Assembly (NCBI RefSeq): GCF_016433145.1 | Contig: NC_058133.1 | Location: forward strand, 461,318,368-461,382,367 | Length of the DNA stretch: 64,000 nucleotides | Direction: 5' to 3' | Source of the DNA: Gracilinanus agilis | Lineage: Eukaryota | In this document: piece after piece, positions 1 through 11,400 of the stretch | Layout of the letters: each line of letters begins with the position of its first letter | How positions within the stretch are numbered: the stretch's first letter is position 1 | The notes under the pieces: generated by a model | Database searches by the model: none | Seen by the model: the letters and a program-made list of their open reading frames with translations, nothing else | What the model was told of the DNA's origin: nothing | Translations under genes and position numbers: made by a program

Positions 1-149
1 AAAAGGATACTACCTGGGAGATTCTGATAATGAATTGATGCCTTTCCCAAGACCCAGGGGTTACTTGGATCCCATTCTCCACAAATAGCTAAATATACCC
101 AAGAGTAGGGCTGTAGCAAGCCTAATAATCTACTGATAACATGCATCGC

Positions 150-612
150 TGGCAGCGAGGTGGCACAGTAGATAACATTCCATGGCTGCAGTCAAGAAGA
201 CTCATGTTCCAGAGTTTAAATCTGACTTCAGATATTTATTAGCTATATGATCCCGGATAAGTTACTTTACCCTGTTTGCCTCAGTTTCCTCATCTGTAAA
301 ATGAGCTGGAGAAGGAAATGGCAAATGTTTACAGGTTATGTGACCCTGGGCAAGTCACTTAATCCTGTTTGCCTCATTTTCCTCAATTATAAAATGAGTT
401 GGAGAAGGAAATAGCAAACCATTTCAGTATCTGGGTTTTTTTTTTCATTTTTTAATTGTCATGCAAAGCACAGCTCCATATTGGTTATTTTTGTATGAGC
501 AAACGTACATAACCAAAATGCTAAAATAAAACCACAAATACACTCTAGTATCTTTGCCAAGAAAACTGCAAAAGGGGTCCTGAAGAGTCAGACATGACTG
601 AACAACAACAAA
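150..612 (+). mobile_element. MAR1-like marsupial CORE-SINE(s), internally duplicated
   Basis: CORE CCCTGTTTGCCTCAGTTTCCTCATCTGTAAAATGAGCTGGAGAAGGAAATGGCAAA occurs twice, followed by an RTE-type tail (GTCAGACATGACTGAACAACAAC). Confidence 0.75.
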
Positions 613-1270
613 TAATGCATCTCCCTTCTTCCTCCATAAACAGTCCAGCTTAATGTGACATTTGAGGGCATTTGGGTCTTCCCTCTAGTTGATCACATGC
701 CTATAATGTCTATGTACTTATTAACTATGCAGCTACATTGGTTGTTAGGTTCACTCATTTCCCCAACTATTGTATCTCTTCCAGAAAAAGCAATGGGAGA
801 TTCCAAGAGTATCAGACAATCAGGATGATTTTTCTTTATCAGATGAAACCTCTTCCACTATTAACTCCCATATGTTGTCTCCTGGGCATCTTCCTTCTTA
901 TTAAATCAGTAGTTTTGCAAACTACTTAAAGAGCAATTATGTGGATTGAGGCTGGATGGAATAGTGATTAGAAAGCTATTTTTAGAATCAGAAAGACCTG
1001 GGTTTAAATCTTGCTTCTAATTTACACTGGCTGTGGGAGAAAGGGCAAGTAACTTAATCTCTCAATGGTCCAGGCAACCATCTTAGATTCTAAGAGAATG
1101 TTAGAAGTGAGTTAACAACCTGCACTGGTAGAGGGAATTGCCAAAGTAGGAGTTCACCAATCTGATAGAAATCAAATTTAGATGAAGATATTGTCACTGA
1201 GGGAAGTTCTGTCACAAATCCAAAATATTCCAAACCTTACATTCTTCTTTGGCTATAGTATTCTCTAGAT

Positions 1271-1442
1271 CAATGGTTCCCAAACTTTTTTGGCCTACCA
1301 CCCCCTTTCCAGAAAAAATATTACTTAGCACCCCCTGACACATAATATCACCACCCCCTTAGTTATTCACTGCCCCCAAATGCACCTGTGGCCATCACTG
1401 CTTCCGTCCCGATCACTGCAGCACCCACTTTGGGAATCACTG
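1271..1442 (+). mobile_element. Non-autonomous hAT (Charlie-like) MITE, family A, internally shortened copy
   Basis: Ends CAATGGTTCCCAAA...TTTGGGAATCACTG; perfect 8-bp TSD CTCTAGAT (1263-1270 and 1443-1450); homologous to copies at 16200 and 42079. Confidence 0.85.
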
Positions 1443-1523
1443 CTCTAGATCCTCCTATTTTTCTCTGGTTGTCATTCTCTAGAGCCTCCTTGTATTCTTC
1501 TCTGGCTATCTCATTTTCTAGAA

Positions 1524-1881
1524 CTGTGATGGTGAATCTATGGCACACATGCCAAAAGGGCACACAGAGCCCTCTCTGTGGGCATGCTGGCAGTCACCTG
1601 CCAGAGTTCCTTACTAGGAAGTCAGAGAAACTCAGGGTGGTGCTATTCCCCTCTCCATCTCCATGTGCCTGAGGACATTCCTCACTTCACCCACCCCTCT
1701 GTCCAGCAGCCCAATGGAAGTGCTTCCTCCCTACCCTGTCTGGGGTAAGAGGAGGTCTGGGGGGGCAAGGTGGGGGAATGGGGTGCAGCACTCAGACTCT
1801 GGGGAGGATTGGGCATGGAATTCAGTCTGGGAGGTGGGTGGGGGTGGAGTCCAGCACTCTGTCTCTAAAAGGTTATCACTG
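1524..1881 (+). mobile_element. Non-autonomous hAT MITE, family B (OposCharlie/hAT1-like ends)
   Basis: Left end CTGTGATGGTGAATCTATGGCACACATGCC, right end AAGGTTATCACTG; 8-bp TSD TTCTAGAA/CTCTAGAA (7/8). Family name is recalled, not searched. Confidence 0.75.
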
Positions 1882-2240
1882 CTCTAGAACCTCCTAATAT
1901 TCTTCTCTGGCTATAGTATTCTCTAGACCCTTGTACTTTTCTCTAGCTATCATTCTCTAGAGCCTTCTTATGTTCTTCTCTGGCTATCTTATTCTCTAGA
2001 ACCTCCTAATATTCTTCTCTGGCTATTGTATTCTTAAGATCCTTCTTGTATTCTCTATCATATTCTCTAGAACCTCCTTGTGATCTTCTCTGGCTAGATT
2101 ATTCTCTAGAACCTCATATTCTTTTCTTCTTTAAATCTCAGCTACAGACTGTCCTAATGTTGTTGTAGAAATGTAAGTAAACGTACCAATTTGAGGTATA
2201 AGACATGAAGACTAGGTGAGCTTTCCAGAGTCAAAATAGC

Positions 2241-2480
2241 TTATTTGTTTTGAGACTAAGTCTTGCTATCTCAACTAGATTGGATGAATGCTGAATATTC
2301 ATAGACCTGATGCCAATACTGATTGATTTGGAAGCTTAAACTTGCTCATCTTTCCTACTTGGGCTGGTTGTCCCAGTCTATCAGTGTGGTAGCCTTTTTC
2401 TCTCATGGACTCACCATATTTGTGTCAGATTTGGCTCAGACTCCCAGCTGGGTTAGCTCCACTATAGCTCAGAACGCAGA
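2241..2480 (-). pseudogene. Degenerate 7SL (SRP RNA) retrocopy or 7SL-derived SINE
   Basis: Reverse complement gives TTCTGAGCTATAGTGGAGCTA...AATATGGTGAGTCC...CCAGCCCAAGTAGGAAAGATGAGCAAG...ATCAGTATTGGCATC...GAGATAGCAAGACT..GTCTC plus an A-rich tail, colinear with the 7SL S domain and 3' end; heavily mutated. Confidence 0.75.
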
Positions 2481-3220
2481 TTAAACTGGGAGTTGAATTC
2501 CAACAATTCAACTGGTTCATCCTCCTCCAAAGGAAGGGATTCCAAGTGGGCACAACTACAATCAGAGATCATGGTAGTTTTAACTCATACATCACAAAGT
2601 TCAGTAATGATGGCTTTGAATAGCCATATTTTTAAAAATTAAGCTATATTTTAAATTTAAATTTAATTTTAATTACATTAATTAAATTTAATTTTTAAAT
2701 TAATTAAATTTTTTTAATTGAACTCCCAGTGAAAAAAACTCTCTACCAATGAAGGTTGGTGCTTGCACTGTAACCTGTAGTCACAGGTTTAATTACCTAG
2801 GGTGCTAAGGGTTAAGCAACTTGCCTAGGGTTATAGTCAGAAGAGGGTCAGAGGAGGGATTTTAATCCAGGTACTCCCTATCCAGAGATCAGTTTTCTAT
2901 TTACTCTGACATATTACTCTCAATCATCCTAAGCATGCATGTATATATATACAACATCTTTAAATGTCTATCATCCTATATAGAACAGAAGATCCTATGT
3001 ACAAAGAGGGTGATCTAATCTGACCTGGACTCTGGGTTCAATAACTAAGTCTTTGTTCTTTGTTGATCTTCCTGTTGCCTTCCTTGTTCCTGTATCTGAT
3101 TTAATGCTGAGTGGTCCAGATTTCCTTTAATAGGTGTTGTTTGCAACTCATTTGCTGAGTCTCTGCCACAAGTAGGGATTGTCTTCTTGGTAATCCAAGG
3201 GCAGAGTGTTTATATATAGA

Positions 3221-3617
3221 AATATATATATATATATATNNNNNNNNNNNNNNNNNNNNNNNNNNNNNNNNNNNNNNNNNNNNNNNNNNNNNNNNNNNNN
3301 NNNNNNNNNNNNNNNNNNNNNNNNNNNNNNNNNNNNNNNNNNNNNNNNNNNNNNNNNNNNNNNNNNNNNNNNNNNNNNNNNNNNNNNNNNNNNNNNNNNN
3401 NNNNNNNNNNNNNNNNNNNNNNNNNNNNNNNNNNNNNNNNNNNNNNNNNNNNNNNNNNNNNNNNNNNNNNNNNNNNNNNNNNNNNNNNNNNNNNNNNNNN
3501 NNNNNNNNNNNNNNNNNNNNNNNNNNNNNNNNNNNNNNNNNNNNNNNNNNNNNNNNNNNNNNNNNNNNNNNNNNNNNNNNNNNNNNNNNNNNNNNNNNNN
3601 NNNNNNNNNNNNNNNNN

Positions 3618-3660
<43 letters not shown>
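3221..3660. repeat. (TA)n microsatellite flanking a gap (3240-3617)
   Basis: TA runs on both sides of the N block. Confidence 0.9.
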
Positions 3661-3663
<3 letters not shown>

Positions 3664-3695
3664 CACACTGTGCCCTTAGAAAGATGTAGACTTAG

Positions 3696-3880
3696 AGGCA
3701 TCTCAGTGGCTCAGTGGATAGAGATCCAGGTCTGGAGCCAGGGGGACTTGGGGTCAAATTTGGCCTCAGCTACTTTCTAGCTGTATGACTCTAGGCAAGT
3801 CACAACCCCAATTGCCTAGTCCTTGACTTTCTGCCTTAGAGTTGCTACTAGGACAGATAGTGAGAGTTTGAAAAAAAAAA
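3696..3880 (+). mobile_element. SINE1_Mdo-like tRNA-derived SINE
   Basis: GTGGCTCAGTGGATAGAG...GGCAAGTCAC...CCCAATTGCCTAG...A tail. Confidence 0.75.
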
Positions 3881-6069
3881 GAAAGAAGTATATAGAGATC
3901 GATACTCTATAACCAGAGACTAATCTGAGTGGCCTGGGTGGTTGTCAGACACAAAGAATGAAACAGATTGGAAGCACGGCTTGTTAGCTCATAGTACTCC
4001 AAGACATACTGAAGTAGCCACTTTATTATAAAGGAAATGAAAGATCCCCTTCCCCCAAAAGCCCAAGAAAGTTTCCCACAGTTACAGAGAGCAGGATTTT
4101 TACTATAGTCAAAACAAAAGCCTTAGAAGCCTTCAGGTGTAGACAAAAACCTATGCTAAACTATCAACTACATGTGTTATCTTTAAGTGGAGCCTGGGAC
4201 ATCTTGTTAGGTCGGAAAGCCCCGTCAGTTTCTTGGCCTTGATGGTATTAAACAATTTTTTGAGCCTCATTATTTTACTTTAATTCTGGGCAAAATGTCC
4301 TGCCAAGGGTTCGGCCTTGGGTAAAGGGGAACAGAGTTAGCCCCCCTCCTGCTGGAGTGCTGAGAGCCCAAAGCTTTTTCAATAAGACTATAATGTATTT
4401 TGAAGGAAGGTGAGAATTATGAAAGGAATCAAAAGAGGAATCTCAGATTTTTATCTTAGATATCCCACACCTGTCTTGTCCCGTAAATAGAGCGGAAAGA
4501 TAAATACACGGCTCTGCCGGTCTGTATTGATCTTTTGATGGGATCCAGATAAAAATATCTACTTGAGATTCTAATTTCTCTTAATAGCTCCCGACAGAAG
4601 TAGACATAGTCCTGCTGTAGGTGTGCTATGTAATAATACTAACAGATCACATTCATATAATACTGTAAGGCTTGCAAGATGCTTTATGTGTATTAACTTA
4701 CTTGATTCTTGCAACAACTCTGGGAAGTAGGGTAATCCCCATTCTATAGGTGAGAAAACCAAGGCTGAGAAATTAATTGAATGGTCATTTTTCCATTTGG
4801 CTATTAATAGCTTGGCATACTTCCTCTGAAAACTGTATTAATTTGACCATTTATTAAGGGGGGGATGGTTCTTACTCTTACAAAGAATAAGTTCCTGATG
4901 TGTCTTGCAAATGAGACTTTTTAGGGAAACATTCTGCAAAGATATTTCCTCCCACTTTCTTGCTTCCTTCCTCTTACTTGCATTGCTTTTATTTTTGCAA
5001 AACTATCAAAAATTTTGTAAAATCAAAATTGTCCTTATTAGCTTCTGTGTACAAAATGCTTTTACATAGACCATCTCATTTGACCTTCATAACAACCCTG
5101 TGGGGTAGGTAATATTATCTCCATTTTACAGATGAAGAAACTGAGGTTGAGAGTGGCTGACTTGCTCAGGGTTACACAATTAATAAGCAATTAGGGTAGA
5201 ATTTGAACACTGGTCCTTTCCAACTCCAAGGTTAGCACTCTATTATCTGGCTGCCTAGAATTCTGAAAATTTCTGAAATTATAATAACTAGCTTTCACAT
5301 ATTATTTTAAGGTTTAGTCAATATAGTATGTTGTTTAGCTATTTCAGTCATACCTAACTCTTTGTGGTTTTGAGGGTTGGTGTTTTTTTTTGTAGAGTAT
5401 CAAAGAATGATATTCCACTGACTCCTCCAGCTCATTTTACAGATGGGGAAACTGAGGTAAATAGGGTTAAGCCCAGGGCATTACAGGTAATAATTGTTTG
5501 AGACCAAATCTGAACTCAGGAAGGTGAATCTTCTATATTCCAGACCTGGCACTCTATCTATCGCACCATTTAGCTGCTTGGTAAAATATGTATATTAGTA
5601 CGTGTACATAAGTATGTGTATACATACATATATATTTCTGATTCTATTTGTTTTATCCTGTATTACCTCATATAAGTTTCTCCATATTTGCATGAATGTT
5701 TCCTCCTAGTCACTTTCACCAAACATAATATTCATCATGTTAATGTTTTGCTCTCATTTGGTTGGGATCTATGATTTCATTGATCCAGGAAACTAGTAAG
5801 GAAAGGGCTTTTACCAATGCAGAGCGGCAAACTGTTCTTAAATTTATAGCCCGGAATGCTTAGCAATGAAAGGATCTGCCCTGGGTCTTGTGGCCTTGTC
5901 TCTGAGACAGGACTTAAACTCGGGTCTTGTTGGCTATGAGGCCAACTTTTTCTTGCCCTGCCTCTTCAGTGTTAAGAGATTATAATTTGTTCAGCCATTA
6001 TCTAATTGATGGATATAAAAGTTGTTTCTAGTCTTTTTTACTCGTATAAACAGAACAGGTATAAGTGTT

Positions 6070-9000
6070 GTTTTTTGTTTGTTTTTATATAGTTTCTTCT
6101 TTTTTATTGTTTTTCCCCAATTACATATAGAAACCATTTTTAATATTCATTTTTGGACATTTTGAAATTCAAATTCTCTCCCTCCTTCCTCTTTTCCCTC
6201 CTCAAGGCATCAAACAATATACGTTTTACATGTGCTATCATGAAATATATATTTCTATAACCATCATGTTGTTAGACATAGGACAATTCAAGGGAAAAAA
6301 TGTTTTAGAGGAAATAAAGTGAAAAATAGCGTGTTTCAGACTCCATTAGTTCCTTCTACGGTGGTGGATAAACTTTTATATCATGGGTCTCTTGGATGTT
6401 GTTCTGGATATGCATTATTCACAATAGTTGTCATTCACAGCTAATTCTCATGCAATATTTCTGTTACTATGTGCAGTGTTCCCCTGGTTCTGCTTACTTT
6501 GCTTTGCATCAGTTCATATAAGTCATTACATGTTCTTCTGAAATTGTCCTGTTCATCATTTCTTATAGCACAACAGTATTCCATATGATCATATACCACA
6601 ACTTGCTCTGCCATCCTCCAATTGATGGGCGTCCTCTCAGTTTCCAATTCTTTGCCACAACAAAAAGAGCTGCTAAAAATATTTTTGTACAAGTAGGTCC
6701 TTTCCTCCTATCTCTGATCTCTCTTGGTTATAGACCCAAAATGGTAGTATTTGTAGTGGTAATTCTGGGTCAAAGAATATGCATAGTTTTATGGCCTTGG
6801 GGACATGGTTCCATATTGCATCCCAGAATGGTTTTTATTAGTTCACAATTCTACCAACACTATATTAGTGTCCCAGTTTTCTTACATACCCTCCAACATT
6901 TATCATTTTCCATTTTTGTCATATTAACCAATCTGAGAAGTGAGAGGTAGTATCTCAGAATTGTTTTAATTTGCATTTTTCTAATCAATAGTCATTTGGA
7001 GCATTTTTTTCCATATGGCTATAGTTTTAGTTTCTTCATCTCAAAACTGCCTGTTCATAGCCTTTGACCATTTATCAATTGGGAAATGACTTGTATTCTT
7101 ATAAATCTGACTCAGTTCTCTATATATTCGAGAAATGAGGCCTTTGTCAGAGACATTTATTATTAAATTTCCTCCCAGTTTGTTGTTTTCTTTCTAATCT
7201 TGATTTCATTGATTCTGTTTGTGAAAAAAAAACAACAACATTTAAATTTAATGTAACCAAAATATCCATTTTATATCTCATAATGTTCTCTGTCTTATTT
7301 GGTCTTAAATGCTTTCCTTAGCCTTAAGTCTAATCCCATGCGCCCCTAATTTATTTATGGTATCCTTTATTTCTAAATCATGTATCCATTTTCATTTTAT
7401 CTTGGTATATGGTGTGAGATATCGATTTATGCTTTGTTTCTGCTATATTGTTTTCCACTTTTCCCTGAAGTTTTTGTCAAAGAGTGAGTTCTTCTCCCCA
7501 TAGCTTAGATATTTGGGCTTATTAAACACTAGGTTACTATCTATACTCATTTATTACCATGAATTGAATGCCTAATCCANNNNNNNNNNNNNNNNNNNNN
7601 NNNNNNNNNNNNNNNNNNNNNNNNNNNNNNNNNNNNNNNNNNNNNNNNNNNNNNNNNNNNNNNNNNNNNNNNNNNNNNNNNNNNNNNNNNNNNNNNNNNN
7701 NNNNNNNNNNNNNNNNNNNNNNNNNAATCAATCAACACTTAGAATCAAGTGTAGAAGAGTGGTAAGGGTTAGGCAATGGGTGTTAAGTGACTTGCCTAGG
7801 GTCACACAGCTGGGGAGTGTCTGAGGTCAGATTTGAACCTAGGACCTCCTGTCTCTAGATCTAGCTCTCAATTTACTGAGCCACCCAGGTTTCCCCTCCA
7901 CTATATTCTTAGCCAGTACAAAATTGTTTTGATGATGACCACTTTATAATACAGTTCAAGATTTGGTTGGAGCTCAAGGCTTCTTTCTTTCATATTTTTT
8001 AAATTATTAATTAATTATTATTTTTTATTTTCTATTAATTCTCCTGATATTCTTGACCTTTTGTTCTTCCAGATGAATTTCATTATTATTTTTTTCTAGC
8101 TCTCTGAAACAATTATTTGGTATTTTGTTTGGCATGGCACTGAATAGGTAAATTAATTCAAGTAAAATGGTCATAAAATAATAAAAATTATATTGGCTTG
8201 GCCTACCCACGAGCAATTAATGTTTTTCCAGTAGATCTGACTTTAATTGTGTGAAAAACATTTTGTAATTGTGTTCATATAGTTCCTGGGTTTGTCTTGG
8301 CAGATAGACGCCCTAGATATTTTATGCTGTTTACAGTTATTTTAAATGGGATTTCTCATTCTATCTCTTGCTGTTGGACTACATGAAGCTAATGATTTGC
8401 ATGGTTTTATCTTATCCTATAACTTTGCTAAAGCTGTCAATTATTTTGATTCATTTTTTATTGATTTTCTAGTATTCTTTAAGTATGCCACCATATCATC
8501 TGCAAAGAGTGATAGTTTTGTTTCCTTGTTGCCTATTCTAATTCCTTCCATTTCTTTTTCTTTTCATTGCTATAATTAGCCTTTCTAAGTACAATACTGA
8601 ATATCAGAGGTGATAATGGGCATCTTTGCCCCACCCATCTTACTGGGAAGGCTTTTAGCTTATCCCAATTACAGATAATGGCTTGCTAATGGTTTTAGAT
8701 AGGTGCTATTTATCATTTTAAGAAAATCTCCATTTATTCCAAAGTTCTCTAGTGTTTTCAGTAGGATGGAGTGTTGTCTTTTGTCAAAAACTTTTTTCTG
8801 CATCTTATGAGATAAACTTATGGTGTCTATTGATTTTGTTATTGAAATGAACAATTACACTGATAATTTTCCTAATATCAAACCATTGCTTCATTCCTGG
8901 TTTAAAACCCACATGATCGTAGTGCATGATTGCTTTAATTCCCTTGCTAGTATTTTATTTAGAAACTTTGCATCAATATCCCTAAGGAGACTGGTCTATG

Positions 9001-9545
9001 GTTTTGTTTCTTTGTTTCTATGTTTTTGCTCTTCCTGTTTAGCTATCAGTATTGAGGAGTTTGGTAGAATTCCTTCTTCACCTATTTTTCTAAATAATTT
9101 TTCTATAATTGGAATTCGTTTTTCTTTAAATTTTTGATAGAATTCACTTGTGAATCTATATAGCCCTGGGGATTTTTTCTTAGGGAATTCATTGATAGCT
9201 TTTTTCAAAGACTTTTTCTGATATGGCATTTAAGTATTTTGTTTCCTCTTCTATTAATATGGGCAATTTATATATTTTATATATTTGATTGTCAGACTTA
9301 TTGGCATATAATTGGACAAAATAAATCTTAATGATTGCTTTAGCTTCCTTTTAACTTAACTTCATTTGTTGCACACCCACCCTTCTCATTTTTAATATTG
9401 GTAATTTGGTTTTCTTCTTTCTTTTTAAAATTAAATTAACCAGTGGTTTATCTATTTAATTGTTTTTCCCTGTAAAAGTAGCAACTTGTCTTCTATATTA
9501 GTTTGATGTTTTTCTTACTTTCAATTTTATTAATCTCTCCTTTGA
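6070..9545 (-). mobile_element. L1 LINE, 5'-truncated and decayed (ORF2 RT/C-terminal remnants plus 3' UTR), with nested SINE and gap
   Basis: Minus-strand ORF remnants [29 protein letters not shown] (8996-9229), VFDKRQHSILLKTL (8669-8854) and DHMEYCCAIRNDE (6441-6692) resemble L1 ORF2; poly-T tail near 6070-6105. Confidence 0.9.
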
Positions 9546-9546
9546 T

Positions 9547-9729
9547 TTTTTTTTAAACCCTTGTACTTCGGTGTATTGTCTCATAGGTGGAAGATTGGTA
9601 AGGGTGGGCAATGGGGGTCAAGTGACTTGCCCAGGGTCACACAGCTGGAAGTGGCTGAGGCCGGGTTTGAACCCAGGACCTCCTGTCTCTAAGCCTGACT
9701 CTCACTCCACTGAGCTACCCAGCTGCCCC
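9547..9729 (-). mobile_element. SINE1_Mdo-like SINE (young)
   Basis: TAAACCCTT...GGTAAGGGTGGGCAATGGGGGTCAAGTGACTTGCCCAGGGTCACACAGCTGG...CTGAGCTACCCAGCTGCCCC. Confidence 0.85.
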
Positions 9730-9924
9730 CTCTCCTTTGATTTTGAGGATTTCCAATTTGGTGTTTAATTGGAGACTTAAAATTTGTCCTTTTTCTGGTT
9801 TTCAGACTTTCATTGACTCTTATCTGAACTCCTCCTTTTTATCCCTGGGTCCTCTCTCTTTCTGCTTCAATCTTTCCTTAAAACTGCCAGTATAATCTTT
9901 CTAATGCTTATTATTATTATTTTT

Positions 9925-10106
9925 ATTTTTTTAAACCCTTAACTTCTGTGTATTGGCTTCTAGGTGGAAGAGTGGTAAGGGTGGGCAATGGGGGTCAAGT
10001 GACTTGCCCAGGGTCACACAGCTGGAAAGTGTCTGAGGCCGGATTTGAACCTAGGACCTCCCATCTCTAGGCCTGACTCTCAATCCACTGAGCTACCCAG
10101 CTGCCC
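9925..10106 (-). mobile_element. SINE1_Mdo-like SINE (young)
   Basis: Closely matches the 9547 and 29187 copies. Confidence 0.85.
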
Positions 10107-10732
10107 TGTTTATTATGTTTAAAGCTCATTACCTACTGGATGAAATATAAACACCTTACCCATTTTTTGTCTGTTTCTATCCTAACATTCTATTCTCTCA
10201 TCTTACACTAACTTATTGTTCTGTCGTGCTCAACTCTTCATGACCCCATTTGGAGTCTTCTTGGCAGAGATATTAGAGTGGTTTGCCATTTCCTTCCCCA
10301 GCTCATCTTACAGATGAAGAACTGAGAAAACTAGTGTTATGTGACTTACTGAGAGTCACACAGCCAGGTAGTGTCTGAGATCAGATCTGAACTCAGATCT
10401 TTCTGATTCCAGGTCTCACACTACAACATTGAGCTGCCATCTTACACTAACTACTCTCCCTTAAATACTCAGTGTTTTGCCAAACTGTCACTTACTATTT
10501 CTTCTGAACCCTTCCTACTTGTTCTCTTCTTCATTCTTTTGTTCATACATGTAATTGTCTCCCCTGTTATCTGCCTATGGTAGGATGCCTTCCCCGATGT
10601 CCCCAGCAGGAAAGGATTTTTCCATCCTTTGAACTCCCATATACTTTGTCTGCTCTACCCTTGGGCCCTTTTCAAAATCAAATTAATCTGAATTGTCTTT
10701 ATTTGCATACATGGATTTCTCTCCCTGGCAGC

Positions 10733-11400
10733 TGAAGGAAATGAGAGAATTAGGACACCGATGTTAACTGGAGGAATGGAGCACACTGACTCCATCTTGT
10801 GACTCAATTCTGGAGTTAGTTTAGTTCTCTTGTTAGTTAATTATGGGTCTAGCCCCATTTCTGTCCTATAAGAAAACTTTTATCCAATTGTGGGAACTGG
10901 GAGAAATTTATTTATTGCACTGTTTGAGCTTATCTCTGTGTGGCTGGGAAATTGGGCCACTTGCACCTGCTGTTTAGAGATCCTTAACCAAGGAACTAGG
11001 TTATGTCGACCAGCTAACTCCAAAGATTGATGCAAGGAGTTTTCTCACAATTGTTGTCTTATCTGAAAACTGGCCCCATGCTCGCCAACCAGTGATTGTT
11101 TCCATGTTCTTTGGGGGAGTGTACCAGTTCACTCTCCCCTCTCCCAAATTAAAAAAATCTCTAACCTTTCATTCATTTAGAAATCAGATTAATTCATTAA
11201 TGTTATATTGTTTCCTTTTAACTTATTGACCTTATTTGATTAATTGTTTTTAATATATACATCTTTTCTCTCCTTGTATTTAATGTCTAACACTAAACTG
11301 AGGAATTGGGACTGGTCCCAATTTGTTGGGCAATTGGCAGGTATCGCTTAATAAATTAATACATTGGGAAGATCAAACCTTCATTTCCTCAGTCATTTCA
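10733..11400 (+). mobile_element. Solo LTR (ERV-derived), sense to CHI3L2
   Basis: TG...CA ends, AATAAA at 11350-11355 near the 3' end; colinear with the inverted copy at 21672-22611; inserted in L2-like sequence. No TSD seen. Confidence 0.65.

Larger units (their letters stand above)
1241..2125. repeat. Degenerate ~39-bp minisatellite (unit like TTCTCTAGAACCTCCTAATATTCTTCTCTGGCTATAGTA), about 9-10 units, interrupted by two MITEs
   Basis: Units recur at 1241-1270, 1443-1523 and 1882-2125, most with a central TCTAGA. Confidence 0.85.

Noticed and set aside
1241-2125. CRISPR-like repeat-spacer reading of the minisatellite
   Set aside because: Mammalian DNA, degenerate contiguous units, no unique spacers; the interruptions are TSD-flanked transposons.
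3148-3679. ORFs spanning N gaps (also 7537-7765, 42493-42774, 52106-52798, 55626-56040, 57675-58206)
   Set aside because: Open only because of N runs and adjacent microsatellites or SINEs. The real part of 42493-42774 is CHIA exon 6 in another frame.
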